Shown piece after piece: positions 60,556-64,000 of a DNA stretch of 64,000 bases. The position numbers were made by a program, and so were the translations under genes. The DNA is from an uncultured Pirellulaceae bacterium (GTDB taxonomy: Bacteria; Planctomycetota; Planctomycetia; Pirellulales; Pirellulaceae), in NCBI GenBank assembly GCA_937921995.1, contig CAKZVF010000008.1, positions 2,050-66,049 on the forward strand, read 5' to 3'. How positions within the stretch are numbered: the stretch's first letter is position 1; each line of letters starts with the position of its first letter. The notes under the pieces were generated by a model. That model ran no database searches. It was not told where the DNA came from and saw only the letters and a list, made by a program, of their open reading frames with translations.

Positions 60556-62751
60556 TCACTCGTTTACGTATTCGACCTTAATCTCATCCTTAAGCCCATC
60601 AATGTAGGTTCGAAAAGCATCGTCGCGCCGCGCCTCGAGCAGCCGTTTCTTGATCTCCACTTGTGCCTCGGTGAAAGGCGTGTGATGCGTCTCGACGCGT
60701 TCAATGACGCGAATAACGTGAAAACCCGCTTTCGTTTCGATCACGCCGCTCAGCTTGCCGATGGGCAGCGTGAAGATGGATTTGTCGATCTCTTTGTTGA
60801 CCAGACTGCCTCGGCTGGTCCAATCATACTGGCCGCCTTTGAAAGCACGGAAGCCGTGAGATTCTTTCTTGGCGATCGCTTCGAAATTTCCTCCGTGGAC
60901 CAAACGATCGTAGATGTCTTCGATTTTGTCCTTCGCCGCGAGTCGGCCGCCGGCTTTGGCGGGTTGGATTTCAATCTGCTCCCAACGCACTTTTCCTTTG
61001 ACTTCGTACTGGTCAAAGTTCGAACGATACTCATCGAGCATCTCAAGGTGCGTCACCTGACGATTAAATTTCACTTTTTCTTGGAGGAAATATTTGCTGA
61101 TCTGATCCTTCGCCCAAGCCCGCCGCATCTGGCGAACCGATGTGCCTTGGGACCGAAGAATCGCGTCAAATTTGGTGATCGATTCAACTCCCGAATTTTC
61201 CATCAAATCTGGCAACGCTTGTTCGTTAAAAGTTTTTTCGGCCTGTTTGAGAATGTCTTCAATGTTGGCTTCTTCTGGCAACTGATCCAAAGTCGACACG
61301 AACAGAATTTTCTGGTCGATGTACTTGGGCAGCAGGCGCTCCATCAGTTTCCCCTTCTGAGCGTCTTTGGCGGCTTGCGGGGCTCCCTTCATGTGTTTTT
61401 CAAAGATCTGATTGACCTCGAACATCATGTCGCCAACGAACACCGGATGGCCTCCCACCAACGCCAACACGCGACTGTTCTCAAACGATTCGCCTTGATA
61501 GGAACCGGTTGAGTAATCCTGTGGCTGGTAACTCTGTTCGGAATAATAAGGCCCTTGATTCTCGATGATCTGTTCACCGACGATTTGCTCACTGACGATT
61601 TGTTCACCAATGACTTGTTCTTGGACAACACCGCCGGATTCGATGGGCTGAGAGTAAATCTGGCCCTGCGGCGGCTCGATGGTGCCGGGGGTGTAGAACT
61701 TCGTGGAGGCATCGGCGACACGCGTTGTCGCTTGGGGCTTAGCAACGCGCAGGTTTGAGCCAGCGGGCGCTGCGCGGTCGGTGCTGACACCTTTTTCCAC
61801 CATGGCTTTTAGTCGCTGACCAAGCTGAGGTTGGTAGGCGGCCTGTTGTACGAAGGATCCATCACCATCGACGGCTGCGATTTTAGATGCCACACCCATC
61901 GCGCCTTTGCTTAAGTCGTTCGTGTTTTCATCCGTCGCCGAGGCTTGCGAAACGGCGGACAACGCAGGGTTAAGCTTCTTGCCGATTTTGGGCATGTTGA
62001 AGTCAGCCGGATTCTTCCAAGGCTTCAGCGGCCTAGCTTTTTCAGGCGGAGCTACGTTGGCCGCGGGAGTCGTTGCCGCGACTGCGTTTTGAGCGAAGAG
62101 TTTTTCCGCGTTCTGTTTTTCTGCGTTTCGTTGGCGAATGATAGATCGAGACTTCGTCACCGCCGATTGGATTAAGTCTTTCGCCGATTTCACTGGCTGA
62201 GTGTTTAAAGGTTTGGGTGCGCTGGCGACTTTGATGGGGGTAAGTGCCTGGGGCTTAGGCTGAGGCACGGTTTTAGTCATCGCGCCAGCGCCGACTGGTT
62301 TGAGCGGCTGCGGCGTCATCTGCGGCAGCGACACGTCGGCGGTCTTGGGGGGATCGGTGTCCAAACGACTAAAGTCGATGCGCGTTACGGGTTTGGTGGT
62401 CTTTCGCGCGACTGATGCCCAAACCTCGGCGGCGGTGTTGGCTTTCTCAATCTTCGCTTGTCGCGCCGGTGTCGATTCGGTCGCGGTTTTGGGCGGTTTC
62501 CAAGCCGGTTGATAAAAAGATCCAGACGAAGACTCAGGTGCGGCGGCGGCTTTGGGCTGTTGCTCCGCGGATTGACGCATCGTCGAATAGTACGGGTCGG
62601 GCGTGATCTTTTTCTGTGTCTGAGCCATACTTTGATTGGCAAATCCACACAGAAGGCACAGACAGCACAAAAGAGGGATGGCGAAAGAAACGCTGAACAT
62701 CGACGCCGTAAATGCTGACCGATAAATTTTCTGGTTTACGTTCGTTTCCAT
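60556..62751 (-). CDS. PpiC/parvulin-type peptidyl-prolyl isomerase (SurA/PrsA-like) with long disordered N-terminal region
   Basis: FEAIAKKES, GG.YDW, SGVIETKAGFHVIRV; about 400 aa Pro/Ala/Lys-rich extension after the signal sequence. Confidence 0.88.
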   Translation of the reverse strand: METNVNQKIYRSAFTASMFSVSFAIPLLCCLCLLCGFANQSMAQTQKKITPDPYYSTMRQSAEQQPKAAAAPESSSGSFYQPAWKPPKTATESTPARQAKIEKANTAAEVWASVARKTTKPVTRIDFSRLDTDPPKTADVSLPQMTPQPLKPVGAGAMTKTVPQPKPQALTPIKVASAPKPLNTQPVKSAKDLIQSAVTKSRSIIRQRNAEKQNAEKLFAQNAVAATTPAANVAPPEKARPLKPWKNPADFNMPKIGKKLNPALSAVSQASATDENTNDLSKGAMGVASKIAAVDGDGSFVQQAAYQPQLGQRLKAMVEKGVSTDRAAPAGSNLRVAKPQATTRVADASTKFYTPGTIEPPQGQIYSQPIESGGVVQEQVIGEQIVSEQIVGEQIIENQGPYYSEQSYQPQDYSTGSYQGESFENSRVLALVGGHPVFVGDMMFEVNQIFEKHMKGAPQAAKDAQKGKLMERLLPKYIDQKILFVSTLDQLPEEANIEDILKQAEKTFNEQALPDLMENSGVESITKFDAILRSQGTSVRQMRRAWAKDQISKYFLQEKVKFNRQVTHLEMLDEYRSNFDQYEVKGKVRWEQIEIQPAKAGGRLAAKDKIEDIYDRLVHGGNFEAIAKKESHGFRAFKGGQYDWTSRGSLVNKEIDKSIFTLPIGKLSGVIETKAGFHVIRVIERVETHHTPFTEAQVEIKKRLLEARRDDAFRTYIDGLKDEIKVEYVNE

Positions 62752-62906
62752 CAGACCCCGTCCCTTGGTTATGTCCATCGGCAAATCCGGCAGCGCTTTG
62801 ATCAGCGCTGTCGCGAATTGGCCGCAGTGCTGCAGCAGCGTCTATGCCCAATGTTGACTTATCGACATATTTCGTGCGTTAGTTTCGGCGGCGGACTGTA
62901 GAACAC

Positions 62907-64000
62907 TTAAGTCGGCGGCTGCAATAGAGATTTGACCAATGCCAGCATCTTCTCGGGGCTGATTTTGGTTGACTTTAACGTCACCAGCGCCGTCTGGTCA
63001 TCGATCAGGCGGATCATCGGTCGCGCTTTGGACAATTGAGCCATCCGGCTCCGGTCCTTGAAGCGAAATCCGAGATACTTGTTTTGAAGATAAATTGAAG
63101 AAATCTGCCACGTCGCGGCTTCCAACTTCAACTCCGACAGCGTCAGCAGCCGTTGGGCGGGCTCGGGCAGCGGACCAAACCGATCGACCAGCTCTTTGCC
63201 GAGTTCTTCGATTTGGGTGAACTTCTCCAGCCGAGTCAAACGGCGGTACATGTCAATCTTCTGCCGGCGATCGGACACATAATCGTCCGGTAGGTAGGCC
63301 GCGATCGGCAGGTCGACCTCGACGTGAATCGATAGCTTGGCCGGCATGTGTTTGATCTTACGGACGGCCTTCTCAAGTAACTGGCAATACAGTTCGTAGC
63401 CGATCGTGGCGATGTGGCCCGATTGTTGCGTCCCCAACAGATTGCCCGCACCGCGGATCTCAAGATCGCGCATCGAAATCGCGAACCCCGCCCCCATCTG
63501 CGAAAACGTTTCAATTGCTTGAAGGCGTTTGGCAGCGGTCGGGTTGAGGTGTTTATTGGGCGCGATCAACAGGTAGCAATAGGCCTTGTGTTTGTATCTT
63601 CCGACGCGGCCACGAAGCTGGTGCAAATCCGACAGACCATAATTTTCAGCTTCATCGATAAAGATCGTATTGGCGTTAGGGATGTCCAAACCGCTTTCAA
63701 CGATCGTCGTCGCCAGCAAAATATCGAAATCGCCCGAGATGAATTCGGTCATCACTTCTTCCAGTTCCTCCATCGGCATCTGACCGTGGCCGATGCGGAT
63801 CGACGCTTCGGGAACTAGTGCGCTTAACCGTTGCTGCACCAAGTGAATATCTTTGACGCGGTTGTGAACGAAAAAGATCTGACCGCCCCGATTCAATTCC
63901 CTCAGCACGGCAGATTTAATGATCGAATTGTTGTATCGCGAGACCTTGGTCTGAACGGGCGTGCGATCTTCCGGCGGCGTTTCAAGATTCGAAATGTCTC
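62907..64000 (-). CDS. mfd: Transcription-repair coupling factor, 5' part outside the window
   Basis: TTIVESGLDIPNANT, LHQLRGRVGR, MRDLEIRGAGNLLG.QQSGHI, TRCF domain. Confidence 0.97.
   Translation of the reverse strand, partial: DISNLETPPEDRTPVQTKVSRYNNSIIKSAVLRELNRGGQIFFVHNRVKDIHLVQQRLSALVPEASIRIGHGQMPMEELEEVMTEFISGDFDILLATTIVESGLDIPNANTIFIDEAENYGLSDLHQLRGRVGRYKHKAYCYLLIAPNKHLNPTAAKRLQAIETFSQMGAGFAISMRDLEIRGAGNLLGTQQSGHIATIGYELYCQLLEKAVRKIKHMPAKLSIHVEVDLPIAAYLPDDYVSDRRQKIDMYRRLTRLEKFTQIEELGKELVDRFGPLPEPAQRLLTLSELKLEAATWQISSIYLQNKYLGFRFKDRSRMAQLSKARPMIRLIDDQTALVTLKSTKISPEKMLALVKSLLQPPT

Overview
The window is a chromosomal segment from a planctomycete, probably Pirellulales (inferred from the DUF1559 prepilin-like gene, SHD1 domains, an LEDRxMLA export motif and a dockerin-like C-terminus). 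The backbone is housekeeping genes: purB, leuA, pfkA, lolD/lolE, lysS, hflX, yggS, gltA, mfd and a tRNA-Glu. Three accessory loci stand out. (1) At 45648-46955, two predicted ORFs are one reading frame split by a single in-frame TGA in a G-C-V-TGA redox-motif context. A hairpin matching the bacterial SECIS model starts 11 nt after the TGA, so this is a candidate exported, thioredoxin-like selenoprotein. (2) At 47330-51124, an RTX/SdrD-B exoprotein ends in a Cys-His-Asp protease-like domain and is followed by an AT-rich orphan gene, a toxin/immunity-like layout. Its export leader is out of frame at a G7 tract. (3) At 12516-23291, a LacI-controlled xylan locus contains a GH26-GH3-GH10 three-catalytic-domain enzyme, next to a truncated nucleotidyltransferase pair and a tRNA-Glu with an atypical anticodon loop. 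Several REP-like palindrome families and one 6S-like structured RNA candidate occur in intergenic DNA. All family assignments come from motif recognition, without database searches.
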